A stretch of 64,000 nucleotides of DNA from Acidobacteriota bacterium (GCA_963666215.2 CAXWPL010000005.1:1546013-1610012); one strand, 5' to 3'. Shown: positions 20,047 through 31,472, numbered from the stretch's first letter. Notes: generated by a model not told the origin, from the letters alone. A program made the numbers and translations.

Positions 20047-21141
20047 ATGAAGGCCGCAGTGCTCCGAGAAGTAGGAAAGCCCCTTGCCATCGAAAACGTC
20101 GAGATTGACAAGCCGGGCCCCTTGGAGGTGCTCATCCGCACCGCCGCTGCCGGGGTCTGCCACAGCGACCTCCATTTCGTCGACGGGCTGTGGCCGACTC
20201 AGCTCCCGATCATTCTCGGCCACGAATCAGCCGGTATCGTCGAGCAGGTGGGTGAGCTCGTGCGCCACGTTCAGCCGGGCGATCACGTCATCACCTGCCT
20301 TTCCGTCTTCTGCGGTCACTGCGATCACTGTCTCAGCGGGTCCCCGGCCCGCTGCGGTGGACGGGAAACGGACCGTTCTTCTACGGAGCCCGCACGCCTG
20401 CGCCGCGGCGAGGAGAGCATCGGGCAGTTCGCCCATCTCTCGTCTTTCGCGGAGCAGATGCTGGTGCACGAGAACGCCGTAGTGAAGATCCGTGAAGACA
20501 TGCCGCTGGACAAAGCCGCCCTCATCGGCTGTGGCGTCATGACGGGTGTCGGCTCGGTCTTTCGTACCGCCGCCGTCGAGCCTGGCAGCACCGTGGCGGT
20601 GATCGGCTGCGGCGGCGTTGGCCTTTCGACGATCAACGGCGCCGACCTGGCAGGTGCCAGCAGAGTGATTGCGGTCGACGTGGTGCCGTCGAAGCTCGAG
20701 CTGGCTCGGGTCTTCGGAGCTACTGATGTGGTCAATGCAAAAGAGTGCGACGCGGTGCAGGCCGTAAAGGAGCTCACGAGCGGGGGCGTGCATTACTCCT
20801 TCGAGGCGATCGGTTTGAAGCAGACCGCGGAGCAGGCCTGGTCGATGCTTCGGCCCGGGGGAACTGCCACCATCATCGGCATGATCCCCTTCGGGATCAA
20901 GATCGAGATCACCGGGCATCAGCTGCTGGCGGAGCGCAAGCTACAGGGCTCGAGCATGGGCTCGAACCGCTTCCGCATCGACATGCCTCGCTTCGTCGAC
21001 TTTTATCTCGCAGGGAAGCTCCGCCTCGACGATCTGCTTTCGGCTCACATCGAGCTGCCTCAAGTGAACGAGGCGCTGCAGAATCTGAAGACGGGGGAGG
21101 TGGCTTGTCAAGTCATTCTCTTCGACGGTGCTGAAGCTTGA
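20047..21141 (+). CDS. Zn-dependent alcohol dehydrogenase
   Basis: GVCHSDLH, GHESAG, CGHCDHC, GCGGVG. Confidence 0.93.
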   Translation: MKAAVLREVGKPLAIENVEIDKPGPLEVLIRTAAAGVCHSDLHFVDGLWPTQLPIILGHESAGIVEQVGELVRHVQPGDHVITCLSVFCGHCDHCLSGSPARCGGRETDRSSTEPARLRRGEESIGQFAHLSSFAEQMLVHENAVVKIREDMPLDKAALIGCGVMTGVGSVFRTAAVEPGSTVAVIGCGGVGLSTINGADLAGASRVIAVDVVPSKLELARVFGATDVVNAKECDAVQAVKELTSGGVHYSFEAIGLKQTAEQAWSMLRPGGTATIIGMIPFGIKIEITGHQLLAERKLQGSSMGSNRFRIDMPRFVDFYLAGKLRLDDLLSAHIELPQVNEALQNLKTGEVACQVILFDGAEA

Positions 21142-21209
21142 AGGAGTGCCTACCCTCGACCCGGACAACCTCTCATCCCTCGATCGCAGGCAGGATGAAC
21201 TTCTCGACG

Positions 21210-21837
21210 GGAAGCCAGGGATCGCCTTCATCCCGAGAGGTCGGAACAGACGCTCGTTGGCGAGCTCTCGCGCCGACATCCCGGTGGTGCGTGTGAGGAT
21301 CGCGGAGAGCAGGTGGGGACAGACGCTGCTGTACTGGAACCGCCCAAGCTCGCCGCTTCGGCCCAGTAGATCCAGGCCGTACTGGACCCAGTCCCGCTGC
21401 CTGCGCAGGCGATTGAGCGGCTCGGCTCCCCAGGCTCCCGTCTTCCAGGCTACCGGCGCGGTCATCGTGAGAAGGTGCCGGAGGGTGAGGATGCGCTTCT
21501 GCGTCTCATCGGCTCCAGGGACGTACTCGGGAAAGAACTCGAGGACCTCCTGATCCACACTATCGATGCAGCCGTCCTCGATGGCGATCCCGACCAGGGC
21601 GGAAAGGAAGCTCTTGGTCACCGAGGCGACGTTGTGGGTGTCGGTGAGACCCCATCCCGCGCCATATCGCTCGAAGACCACATACCCTCTCCTGACGACT
21701 ACGATGCCGTTCATGTGGCGGTACCGGGAGCCGAGGGCCCTATCGAGCTCGTCAAGAGGGTGGGCGCACATGCCCACCGCTTCGGGCTCGGCCGTCCGCC
21801 AGCTCTCCGTCGGCCAGTAGTCGCGCGCATCGATCAT
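21210..21837 (-). pseudogene. Serine hydrolase (beta-lactamase/NylB-like), C-terminally truncated
   Basis: SVTKS, LTLRHLLTMT, FQYSS, RLFRPLGM; then runs into unrelated sequence. Confidence 0.75.
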
Positions 21838-21847
21838 GCGTGTTGTT

Positions 21848-24035
21848 TCAGAAATCGATCGGCAGATACCTGCCGGTGATCGAGTCCGGATCTCTCCGCA
21901 GGTTTGCTGGTGTCCCCTGTGCGATGATCCGACCTCCGTTCGCGCCTCCTTCCGGACCGAGCTCTATGATCCAGTCACATCTCGAAAGAACGACCGGATC
22001 ATGCTCGACGACGATCGCGGAGCTCCCGCTGCGGACCAGCTCGTACAGCAGCTCGATGAGTCGGGCCGTGTCGAAGAGGCTCAGGCCGGTCGTGGGCTCG
22101 TCGAGCACATAGAGCACGTTGCCCTTCCGCCGCCTGCCGAGCTCCTTCGCGATCTTGATTCTCTGAGACTCGCCTCCGCTCAGACTCGGCGTGGGTTGCC
22201 CGAGCCCGATGTAGCCCATGCCGATCCGATCCAGCAGTCCCAGCCTGGATCGGATCCCCTTGTCGTCCGCGAAGAACGAGACGGCCTCCGAGACGCGCAT
22301 CTCCAATACCTCGACGATCGTCTTTCCCCGATAGCGCGCCGACAGAGCTTCGTCGTTGTATCTCTTGCCCTCGCATTCCGGACAGGGGCTGTCGAGCCTG
22401 AGATTGCCACCCAGCAGGATCGTCTGACGGCCGCTGCCGCCGCACGCGGAACACGCCCCCTTCGAGTTGAAGGAGAAGTGGCCCGCAGACAGCTGGCGCG
22501 CGACCGCTTCCGGAGACGCCCGCTATCCCGACGAGGACTCCGAGTGGAAACGACACGGTCAGATCCTGGAGATTGTGGGTCCGGGCATGCCGGAGCGTCA
22601 GGCAGGGGATCAAATCGTTCAAGGCGTTCGCGGCTCCCGTCTCGGCACCGGCGAGAGCGGAATCGATGGACCGCGTCGGCATCTCGACCCGCCCGGAGAG
22701 ATACTGCCCGGTGATCGATTGGTCGCACCGGAGGAGGCCCTCGAAGTCACCCTGGTACACGACGCGTCCGCCTTCGATTCCCGCTCCCGGTCCCAGATCG
22801 ACGATCTGATCCGCCATCTCGATTGTGTTGCGGTCGTGCTCGACCACGATCACCGTGTTCCCCAGCTCCTTCAACGCGTTGATCCCGCGCAGCAGCTCGG
22901 CCTTCTCCGATTCGTGCAGCCCCACCGTGGGCTCATCGAGGATGTAGATCAGAGAGTCCATTCGTGAGTCGAGATGAGAGCTCAGGAACAGGCGCTGGAT
23001 CTCACCTCCGCTCAACGAAGGCATCTCCCTGTAGAGAGACAGATGGCCCAGGCGGGAATCGACCAGTGCACTCGTCTTGCGCAGGATCTCTGCCAGTAGG
23101 CTGGTTCCGTAGGACGTCAGCGCATTCCGTTTCGGCAGCGCTTGCAGCCAATCCCTGGTCTCGGTCAGGGTCATCTTCCCGAGAGCGCCGATATGCCTCC
23201 CGCCCAGCAGGACTCTGCGGGCTTCCTCGCCGACCCGGAACCCATCACAGCCCGAGCACACACGCAGCGCATAGATGCCGCTCGGGTCTTCGCCGTACTT
23301 GAGGACCCGACCTTCGAAGATCCGCGTCAGGCAGTAGCTGCGTCTCCGGGAATTGCTGTCGACATGGTGGCCATGGACGGCATCTTCCTTGACCTCATCC
23401 GGGAGCTCGGAGAAGGGCGTATCGAGGAAGTCACCAAACGACCTCAGCAGCAGCCTCGCATAACCGGGTGTCATTCCGAGCGAGTCGAAGACCTCCTTCA
23501 GTGTGGTGCACCGGTCCGGAACGAGGCGGTCCAGGTCGATCTCGTAGTACGCCCCCCGGCCGGAGCACTTCATGCACATGCCGTCGGGTGCGTTGTACGA
23601 GAAGCAGCGCGCCTCCAGGCGTTCTTCCGTTGTGCCGCAGGCGCCGCAGCTCAGGTCGTCATCCACCGGCGTGCCGCAGGAGGAGCAGGTGACCCCTCCT
23701 TCCGCGGCGTCGAGGACACCAAGCAGGCTCAGGATCCGGGTCCGCGAGCCGACCGTCGAGCGCGGATTGCTCTGGCGGATGATGCTCTGTTGCACCGCGA
23801 TCGTGGGTGCAAGGCCCGAGATCGTGTCGAACATGTCCTCGTCATCAAGTCCGGAGAGGATGCCCAGCGACCGCAGGTATTGCTTGCGTCCTTCCTCGAA
23901 GAGGATGTCGAATACGAGGCTGGACTTGCCCGAGCCGCTCACTCCGGTGACGACGATCAGCTGGTTCTTGGGGATCGAGACGTCGATGCCCCTGAGGTTG
24001 TGGGCCCGCGCGTTGGTGATCCGGATGTCGTGCAT
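21848..24035 (-). pseudogene. Short (class II) UvrA-like ATPase with an internal deletion and frameshift
   Basis: GVSGSGKSSL, LSGGEIQRL, LDEPTVGLH; the second Walker A GVSGSG joins directly to EAVARQLSAGHFSFNSKGAC in another frame; tail LSGGESQRIKIAKEL. Confidence 0.85.
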
Positions 24036-24288
24036 GGACTCGCCTCAGCGTGTGTCCCTGGCCCGAAGAATCCTCCCTTCTTGCCCGGGTGGCGTCAACT
24101 CGATCCTAGCCAAGAAGGCGGCGCTACACCATGGGTCGCCGAGCCTAGGGCGACATGCGGGGGCAGGAAAGCCGTAATCTGTGCGGCGCTGCGGCGGGTG
24201 CGCATGCCGGGCTTTGGGCCTTCGCCCTGTCGGAATATCATTCTCGAGAGAGAGAGGCTCTAGACCGACAACCCACATCGGAGATCTC

Positions 24289-24835
24289 ATGAATAGACCT
24301 GTCGACTACCACGCCGAGAACGGGATCGCCACGGTAACGCTCAATCGACCGGAAAAGCTAAATGCCATGAACGCCGATCTGATGCGCGGTGCGATTGCGG
24401 CACTGGAGGGCGCCGCCGCCGATGAGAGCATCCGCGTGGTGGTACTCACCGGCGCCGGACGAGGATTCTGCGCCGGTGGCGACCTGGGCGCCAAGAACAC
24501 ACTGGGCACCGGCGGCACGGATTCACGGATCGGCGTTCTCCAGGACCTGCAGCGCTCCTCCAAGCTACTCCGTGAAATGCCGAAGGTTACGATCGCGGCG
24601 ATCAACGGACCTTGCGCCGGCGGTGGTTTCTCGTGGGCGGCTGCGGCTGATCTGCGTTATGCGGCGGCGTCGGCAAAGTTCACCACGGCATATCTGAACG
24701 CTGGGTTGTCCGGCGACTTCGGAGGTACCTGGACCCTGCCTCGCATCGTCGGCTCGGCACGGGCCCGTGAGCTGTACCTGTTGTCAGAAAAGTTCAGCGC
24801 CGAGGAAGCCGAGCGATTCGGCTTCGTCTCAAAAG
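24289..24835 (+). pseudogene. Enoyl-CoA hydratase/isomerase, truncated
   Basis: TLNRPEKLNA, FCAGGDL, AAINGPCAGGG, AEEAERFGFVSK then loss of similarity. Confidence 0.8.
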
Positions 24836-25139
24836 CGAGTTTCAGGACGACGACCCGAAGCGCACGGCCGAGCGATGGGGCGCGATTGCCGGAATCGAGG
24901 TGGCGCAGCGGGCCGACGGCTTCTGCCTCGCGCTGGCCAATGGCGAGTTGCGCTTCGTGCCTGACGAGGACGGTCGTGGAGCGGGGATGAGTGGCGTTGA
25001 TCTCGAAGTCCAGGGCCGCGTCGGTGTTCTAGGGGCTGCGGAACGGGTGGGAGCTTGCCGAAGCGACAGATGTATCGAGCTTTGCGGCACACGCTTCTAC
25101 CTCAGCGAGGTGGCGCGCTCAACCGAGAATTCGCCTTAG
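24836..25139 (+). pseudogene. C-terminal fragment of a probable VOC/glyoxalase-like protein
   Basis: DDPKRTAERWGAIAG...LRFVPDEDGRGAGMSGVDL...IELCGTRFYL. Confidence 0.45.
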
Positions 25140-26042
25140 GGCCTCCCGGCCTAGCAGGGTGGCGCCTCTACCCGCGCCCGCGCGGCCGGCCGAGACGAAC
25201 ATCACGGCTAGATAGAGACCCCATGCCTTGCCACGCTGCCAGGTGTCGTCGTCGAGCCGGCCACATGTTTCACGGAAGCGCGGGTGTTCCGACCGTGGCA
25301 GCAGGAGCCACGCGACGGCGAGGTCCGGGGCCGGTTCGGCGGCATGGAAGTCACCCCAGTCGAGCACCGCGGAGAGCCGACCGTTCTCGACCAGGAGGTT
25401 GAAAGGGTGCAAATCTCCATGGCACCACACCGGCGGCCCGGTCCAGTCCTGAACGTCAGTGAGTGCATGCCAAACTCTGGCGATCCGGTCTCCATCGACC
25501 GAGTCGCGGAGCCCGGCAAGGGTGGAGAGAAAGGGCTCGCCGCGCAGGCGGGGCGGCACGCCTCGGTGCGCGCTCGACGGGGCACCCTCAGGCACTTCGA
25601 GCGCGTGGAGGGCGGCTAGGAACCGTCCGAGAACCGTCGCCGCGCCATGCGGATCGAGATCGGAGCCCGCTGCCGGGCGTCCCGGTAGCCAGCGCGAGAT
25701 CGACCAAGGCCAGGGATAGCCCGCACCGGGGAGGCCCGCTCGAATCGGAACCGGGAGCGCCAGGGGCAGCTCGGGTGCAAAGCGCGGCAACCACTCGAGC
25801 TCGAGCGCGACGAGCGGCGCGGCCACTGAACGACGAGGGAGACGGGCGAGCCAGGACTCTCCGATACGAAAGAGGCTGTTGTCCCAGCCTTCGGCGTATT
25901 TGGAGATCGGCTGCGTCGCCAGATCAGGATGCTGCGCCTCGAGCAGCCGGCGAACGAGATCGGCATCGACCTCGACTTCGGCAGCGACGCTGCTCGGCGG
26001 TGATAGGAGAAGGGGCTCCGGATCCTCTCCACGCTCAGACAC
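25119..26042 (-). CDS. Aminoglycoside phosphotransferase-family kinase; start uncertain
   Basis: EGWDNSLFRIG, YPWPWS, WCHGDLHPFNLLV, AVLDWGD. Confidence 0.88.
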   Translation of the reverse strand: MSERGEDPEPLLLSPPSSVAAEVEVDADLVRRLLEAQHPDLATQPISKYAEGWDNSLFRIGESWLARLPRRSVAAPLVALELEWLPRFAPELPLALPVPIRAGLPGAGYPWPWSISRWLPGRPAAGSDLDPHGAATVLGRFLAALHALEVPEGAPSSAHRGVPPRLRGEPFLSTLAGLRDSVDGDRIARVWHALTDVQDWTGPPVWCHGDLHPFNLLVENGRLSAVLDWGDFHAAEPAPDLAVAWLLLPRSEHPRFRETCGRLDDDTWQRGKAWGLYLAVMFVSAGRAGAGRGATLLGREALRRILG

Positions 26043-26206
26043 GGCCAGCAGCCTACCAATCACTCGAGCCCGCGCTCGCCCAGCCCGCATGGGGAGAGGG
26101 GAAAAGTTGGTTTCGCCCCTGTCGCCGTCTTGGAGCGGGCGCCCAGCGAGCAATGCCGAGTCGCTGGCTATACATAACGCGATCACGACTGTTCCTCTTC
26201 TGTACA

Positions 26207-27724
26207 ATGAGTGGCATGTGGAATGAAGAAAGACCCTTTGCAGAGGGTGTGGCGGCTCTTGCCTATTGCAACCCCTTCCTGCCGCGCCGAGTCGAGCTCG
26301 AAAGGGCCGCGCTGGGGAGTGATTTCGAGGCTCATGGCGAGACCTGGAATCCGATTGCCGGTTCCATTTCCAGCCCTAACGTCGCCAAGATCCAAGATCG
26401 ACTCGGAGCACGGATACCGGTATGGAGAGATCGTCTGCTGACGGGCTCGACAACCAAAGCCGGCGACCTTGCGCTCTATCGAGATGTCGTCTACTACGCG
26501 CTCTACAACCACTACGCGGAGGAGCTACTCGAGCTCATCAAGGCGGAAGGCTCCACCGTCCGGATGCCGAATTGGGAGACGTTCTTGGAAGATCTCGAGA
26601 CCTTCCTGCCTGCGGAGATCGAGGTGCAAGGACGCGTCCCGCCCGATCTCCTCCTCGCCTGGTTCTTCCAATTGCGCCGAGCATTTCACCACATCTTCAG
26701 GTCGATCTACGGCTCCTCGTTACCCGTGGCCGAGCTGCGGGCGCAAGTTTGGCAGTCGGTCTTCACCCACGATATGCGGCGCTACCAGTCGGGTCTCTAC
26801 GAGCGAATGCGGGAGACCACGACCCTCATCACCGGCCCTTCCGGCACCGGCAAGGAACTGGTGGCGCGGGGAATCGCGCTATCGCAGTACATACCTTTCG
26901 ATTCGCGCCGCAAGGTTTTCAAGGCCGATTTCAGAGACGCATTTCGCGCGCTGAATCTCTCGGCACTATCACCGACCCTGATCGAGTCCGAGCTCTTTGG
27001 GCATCGAAAGGGCGCCTTCACCGGAGCGCTCGACGACCGGCGGGGCTGGCTTGAAGGCTGCCCGGCGCATGGGACTGTCTTTCTCGACGAGATCGGCGAC
27101 GTGTCGGAGGAGATCCAGGTAAAGCTGCTTCGAGTTCTCCAGACCCGGGCATTCCAGCGCCTGGGAGACACCGAGGATCGATCCTTCGAGGGGAAATTGG
27201 TGGCCGCAACCAACCGCGAGCCCGAGGCGGAGATGGAGGCCGGCAGAATGAGGACCGACTTCTACTACCGGATCTGCGCCGACCAGGTCCGGACGCCGTC
27301 ACTGCAGCAGCAGCTCGACCGGTCGGGCAAGGAGCTGACTCTTCTTCTGCAGGTGATCGTCAGCGATCTCGTTGGGCCCGAGAACGCAGAGTCACTGACC
27401 CACGAAGTCGCGGACTGGGTCGTGACCCACCTCGGCCACGACTACCCGTGGCCCGGGAACTTCCGGGAGCTGGAACAGTGTGCGCGCAATGTGATGATCC
27501 GCGGCAGCTACCGGCCCGCTCATCCGGCCACCTTGACGCCGAGTCTGGCGAGCGAGATCTCGGAGCTGAGTCTCGATGCCGAGACCTTGCTTCGACGCTA
27601 CGCTACTCTCGCTTACCACCGCACCGGTAGCTACGTGGGCGCTGCGGACAAGATCGGCCTCGATCGCAGAACAATCAAGGCCAAAGTCGACCCTGAGTAC
27701 CTGGCCGCACTTCGTAGCGCCTAG
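26207..27724 (+). CDS. Sigma54-dependent enhancer-binding protein
   Basis: GPSGTGKELVA, ESELFGHRKGAFTGA, FLDEIGD, AATNR, WPGNFRELE, C-terminal HTH. Confidence 0.9.
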   Translation: MSGMWNEERPFAEGVAALAYCNPFLPRRVELERAALGSDFEAHGETWNPIAGSISSPNVAKIQDRLGARIPVWRDRLLTGSTTKAGDLALYRDVVYYALYNHYAEELLELIKAEGSTVRMPNWETFLEDLETFLPAEIEVQGRVPPDLLLAWFFQLRRAFHHIFRSIYGSSLPVAELRAQVWQSVFTHDMRRYQSGLYERMRETTTLITGPSGTGKELVARGIALSQYIPFDSRRKVFKADFRDAFRALNLSALSPTLIESELFGHRKGAFTGALDDRRGWLEGCPAHGTVFLDEIGDVSEEIQVKLLRVLQTRAFQRLGDTEDRSFEGKLVAATNREPEAEMEAGRMRTDFYYRICADQVRTPSLQQQLDRSGKELTLLLQVIVSDLVGPENAESLTHEVADWVVTHLGHDYPWPGNFRELEQCARNVMIRGSYRPAHPATLTPSLASEISELSLDAETLLRRYATLAYHRTGSYVGAADKIGLDRRTIKAKVDPEYLAALRSA

Positions 27725-27728
27725 AGAG

Positions 27729-28850
27729 TCAGATCAGGGCCCTGAAGATGGGCATTTCTGCCGACACCTCAATCCCGAGCCCTGGCCGAGAAGAAAGGTC
27801 GAGCGCATCGCAGTCGAGCACACCTCCGGCGCCGAACATGAGAGGCGGATCGCACACATCCTCGGCGAGAAGGAGAGTGCCGAAGGCGCCCTCTTGTGCT
27901 ACCAATGAGGCGCCGGCAACGCCGGCGACCACGATACCGGCACGGGTCAGTAGGCTGGTCTCTCCCACCTGTGCCCCGACGATGATTGGAAGCCCTAACT
28001 CTCGGGCGCGTCGAAGCACTTCTAGAGAGCGTCGGATCCCGCCCATCTTCGAAACTCGGACATTGAGGATCCAAGTCTGGGGGTCGGAGGCCAATGCCTC
28101 TAGCTGTGAGGCTCGCGAAAAGCTCTCATCGAGAATGATTCTGCACTCCGTGCGCCGATGGATCTCTCGCAGGGCGTTGAGGTCACTCGCAGCGACCGGT
28201 TCCTCGATACCGAAGAAGGCTGCCTCCATTCCGGAGAGGTGGCGCAGCGCCTCCGTCGCGTTGCTCCAAAGGTTGTTGGCGTCGACACGAACGCTGTCGT
28301 CCGCAATGCCCTGAGATCGCAGGATCGAGAGCTTGTTCGAGTCTCTCGCCAGGTTGCGGGAGAGTTTGATCTTGAATTCGCAAAAGCCCATCTCTCGGTA
28401 GCGCTCGACGGTCTCTTCGAAGCCGGCGGCGTCATCGTCCCCGACCACCGCCGTGTATCGAAAGACCCCGCGAGTAGGCGCCAGTGAAAGGCACTCCTCA
28501 ATCGACTGGCCGCGTTGCTTGGCGAAGAGGTCAAGGTAAGCGAGCTCGACCGCGCACCAGGCGGCTGGATCGGCATCGATCAACGGCTCGTGCGCGCTCG
28601 CCCAATCGGCCAAGTCTCGGTAGCTGTGGAAGCTCGACTCCCACGACGCCTGATGCTCCGCGAAGAAGCTGGCGGCAGAGTCGAGGGTCTCCCCGGTGAC
28701 GTACTCTCGCGGGCAGCCCTCGCCGACACCTCGCAGGCCTCCTTGCGAAGCTTCCACCCACACCGCTTGCGTTTCGGCTCGCTCCGCCGAGCCGTGCTTG
28801 AAGCGTTGCCGAAAGGGAATGACGACGCGGAAGAAGCGAAGCTGGCTCAT
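27729..28850 (-). CDS. Enolase-superfamily (muconate lactonising/dipeptide epimerase-like) enzyme
   Basis: GEGCPREYVTGET, FKIKL, RVDANNLW, IEEP, ILDES, KMGGI, GETSLL. Confidence 0.85.
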   Translation of the reverse strand: MSQLRFFRVVIPFRQRFKHGSAERAETQAVWVEASQGGLRGVGEGCPREYVTGETLDSAASFFAEHQASWESSFHSYRDLADWASAHEPLIDADPAAWCAVELAYLDLFAKQRGQSIEECLSLAPTRGVFRYTAVVGDDDAAGFEETVERYREMGFCEFKIKLSRNLARDSNKLSILRSQGIADDSVRVDANNLWSNATEALRHLSGMEAAFFGIEEPVAASDLNALREIHRRTECRIILDESFSRASQLEALASDPQTWILNVRVSKMGGIRRSLEVLRRARELGLPIIVGAQVGETSLLTRAGIVVAGVAGASLVAQEGAFGTLLLAEDVCDPPLMFGAGGVLDCDALDLSSRPGLGIEVSAEMPIFRALI

Positions 28851-28857
28851 CGCGGCT

Positions 28858-30528
28858 CTAGCCAGTCCTGCGAGGCCGCATCGTCGAGAAATCGAAGGAG
28901 CAGTCTTCGGCATACTGCAGCGGCAACAATTTGAATTGACCCTCTCGCTGACCCTGGGCAAGCATGTGCCGCTTGTAGGCCTCTCCAGCACCGGCCGCCA
29001 CCGGAACGATGTCGAGGGGCCCTAGCCTCCCGCTCTTTCTCTTTGAACCGTACTCGATGTTGATCTCGCCTAGAGCGCTCTCCACGGCTTCCTCCCATCG
29101 CCCGACCTCCGAAACATCGAGGTCGAGCTCGAGAACGAGTCGGTATCGCGACTCCCTGGCTTGCGCCAGCATCAACATGAAGGCCGGCGAAGTACCGAGC
29201 TCTCGTTCCGCTCTCCGGACCGCGGCGATGACCTGGCTCTCGTAGAGCTTCTCACCGGTGATACTCGTGACGCCCTTTCCCTTCTGAACGAACCGGATCG
29301 TGGGAGTGGCGTGGAAGCTCCCACTGACTTCGATCAGGTCGTTCATGAAGTAACGCCACAGCCCGGCGTCGGTAGTGACGATCACGTAGTACTGGACCCC
29401 CTCTTGCAGCTGATCGACGGTGAGGGTGCGAGTGTCTCCGCCATCCCAGCTGTCGCGCTCCGCAAACTCGAAGTAGTTGTCGAGTATCGTGGGCATTCCC
29501 AGACCGTGTTGGAGGTCGACCGTTATGGTGCCGCGAAACTCACTCGAGAGGTAGCCGAGCTCGGCGATCTCGGTAGATTCGGGGAGAGCCGACAACACCC
29601 CTCCCAATGCGATGCCACAGCTTCCACCGGTCCAGGTGGTGAGCAGGCGGAGCTCCGGCCATACGTCCTTGAAGGCCGGAGCGGGCAAGCGGAGAGCACT
29701 TTCCAATTCCGAGACTCTCTTGGGAGTCGTTCGGAGGCGGGCTCGAATGGCAGCCTTGATCGAGTCCGGCAGTCGCTCGAGGTAGCGGAAGTCCTGAGCG
29801 CAGATATCTTCGAGTAGCTCCTCTCGTCGCTCTCGCATCAGCTCGAGCAGGCGAACAAAGGTCGAGGGGTTAGCGCTGCCCATGAAACTCACGTCGCGGT
29901 AGGGGAGGGCGAGACGGAGAATGGTGAGGTATTTGAGATCGTAGTCCTCGATCTCGAATACCTCGTAAGGCAGAACGTACTTAGCTCGCGCCAATCGAGG
30001 CATGTTTTTGTAGACGTGACCCGAGGCCGAACCGAAGGGCCTGCCCGAGGCGAGTGCGCCTTCGACAGCCGGGCTGACAATCGGCAGAAGTCGGCCGGAG
30101 TAGGCGCCAGGCACCTTCCTGTATTGAATGTAGGCCTGAGCTCCTTGGCTCCTTCGATGGGCGTCCAAGGTCGATTGGAGGTAGGGGATCAACTTGGGCT
30201 TGCCGGTGGTTCCGCTGGTCTGCGCGTACAGGACCGGCGGGTCACGGTTCAGTGAGCGCTCACCGGTCTCCTCCTGCTCTTCGATGTAGGGCCTCAGCGA
30301 CTCGTAGCTCTGGATGGGCACCCGGCTGGAGAATTCGTCGATCGTCCTGATCGACGCGAAGTCGTGCTCGCGGCCGAAGCGTGTTTCGGCGTTGCGAGCC
30401 AACTGTCGCATCAGCCAACGCTCTTGCTCCGCGCGTGGGTTCTTTGCCGCCGCAACCAAGGGCCTCCAATGGGTCCAGCGATAGAGCTGCATCCGACACC
30501 AGAGCATGAGATTCAGCGCGGCCCTCAT
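28858..30528 (-). CDS. GH3-family acyl-adenylate/amido synthetase
   Basis: YAQTSGTTGKPKLIP, GYLSSE, GLWRYFMNDLI, SITGEKL, NIEYGSKRKSGRL. Confidence 0.88.
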   Translation of the reverse strand: MRAALNLMLWCRMQLYRWTHWRPLVAAAKNPRAEQERWLMRQLARNAETRFGREHDFASIRTIDEFSSRVPIQSYESLRPYIEEQEETGERSLNRDPPVLYAQTSGTTGKPKLIPYLQSTLDAHRRSQGAQAYIQYRKVPGAYSGRLLPIVSPAVEGALASGRPFGSASGHVYKNMPRLARAKYVLPYEVFEIEDYDLKYLTILRLALPYRDVSFMGSANPSTFVRLLELMRERREELLEDICAQDFRYLERLPDSIKAAIRARLRTTPKRVSELESALRLPAPAFKDVWPELRLLTTWTGGSCGIALGGVLSALPESTEIAELGYLSSEFRGTITVDLQHGLGMPTILDNYFEFAERDSWDGGDTRTLTVDQLQEGVQYYVIVTTDAGLWRYFMNDLIEVSGSFHATPTIRFVQKGKGVTSITGEKLYESQVIAAVRRAERELGTSPAFMLMLAQARESRYRLVLELDLDVSEVGRWEEAVESALGEINIEYGSKRKSGRLGPLDIVPVAAGAGEAYKRHMLAQGQREGQFKLLPLQYAEDCSFDFSTMRPRRTG

Positions 30529-31442
30529 TTGTTTGGCTCGGTCCTTTTGTCGAGTCCGGCCGAAAAGGGTGTCTTCATCTGGGAGCCGAAATCGAGTGGA
30601 TAGCCGCGATTGACCAGGCCTAGATCGCCGACTCGCCGATCCTTGGGGAGAAACCAGCTGCCGAATAGGAGGTCCCACAGAATCAGGTTGTTGCCGTAGT
30701 TTCGATTGGACTCCTCGATGACCATGGAGTGGTGCCAGCGGTGCAATTCGGCGCCGCTGATCACGTAGTTGAGAAGGCCGTACCTCGCGTCCACGTTCGA
30801 GTGCTGGAAGAATCCGTTGACGGCGTAAAAGACGAAGTAGAGCGCTAGCACCTCTTCGCTCACTCCGACCAGGATGAACGGCAGCATGTCGAGCATGTAC
30901 TGCAGAGCTTTCTCTATCGGGTGGAAGCGACCGACGTTGAGCCAGTAGAGCTTGTGGGGAGAGTGATGCACTGCGTGCAGACGCCACAGAAGCGGTACCT
31001 TGTGAGCCGCGACGTGAAGCCAGTAACGAAGGAACTCGGCAACGAGCAGCATGATCCCAACCTGGGCGATCAGCGGAAGGTGGTGAGGCCAGATCGCCAG
31101 AGCTCGATTGGATGCGCTCAGGATGCGCACCAGGCTCACTCCGGCCAGGAGAGTCAGCATCTGCGGCAGAACCATCTGCACCAGCATCATGAAGATGAGA
31201 TCGTTCTTGACGTCGCCGGTATCCGGCTGCCACTCGCGGTCGTAGGGGATGACCATCTCCAGCAAAGTGACTGCGGCGGCGCCCAGGACCACGGCCGCGT
31301 ACGAGCTCAGCAGGATCGAGGCGTCCATGAAGTCGAGTTGGGCATAGAGCGCGAACGCCCCCAACATCGTGCCCGGGTATGCGATCCAGGGCAGGAGCTG
31401 ACGTCTGAGTCTGTTCACAAAGGCTGTTTTGCGGTGAGGCAT
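30525..31442 (-). CDS. Sterol desaturase/fatty acid hydroxylase family protein
   Basis: His boxes YWLHVAAH, LHAVHHS, FQHSN, HRWHHS; NYGNNLILWDLLFGS. Confidence 0.9.
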   Translation of the reverse strand: MPHRKTAFVNRLRRQLLPWIAYPGTMLGAFALYAQLDFMDASILLSSYAAVVLGAAAVTLLEMVIPYDREWQPDTGDVKNDLIFMMLVQMVLPQMLTLLAGVSLVRILSASNRALAIWPHHLPLIAQVGIMLLVAEFLRYWLHVAAHKVPLLWRLHAVHHSPHKLYWLNVGRFHPIEKALQYMLDMLPFILVGVSEEVLALYFVFYAVNGFFQHSNVDARYGLLNYVISGAELHRWHHSMVIEESNRNYGNNLILWDLLFGSWFLPKDRRVGDLGLVNRGYPLDFGSQMKTPFSAGLDKRTEPNK

Positions 31443-31455
31443 CCTACCCGTCTGT

Positions 31456-31472
31456 AGCACTTCCCATGCCAA
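31456..31472 (-). promoter_or_regulatory. Sigma54 -24/-12 promoter of the desaturase-GH3-enolase operon
   Basis: TTGGCATGGGAAGTGCT has exact GG-N10-GC spacing just upstream of the first gene. Confidence 0.65.

Noticed and set aside
25119-26042. Antibiotic resistance gene
   Set aside because: Only family-level APH/kinase motifs are visible; substrate cannot be assigned.
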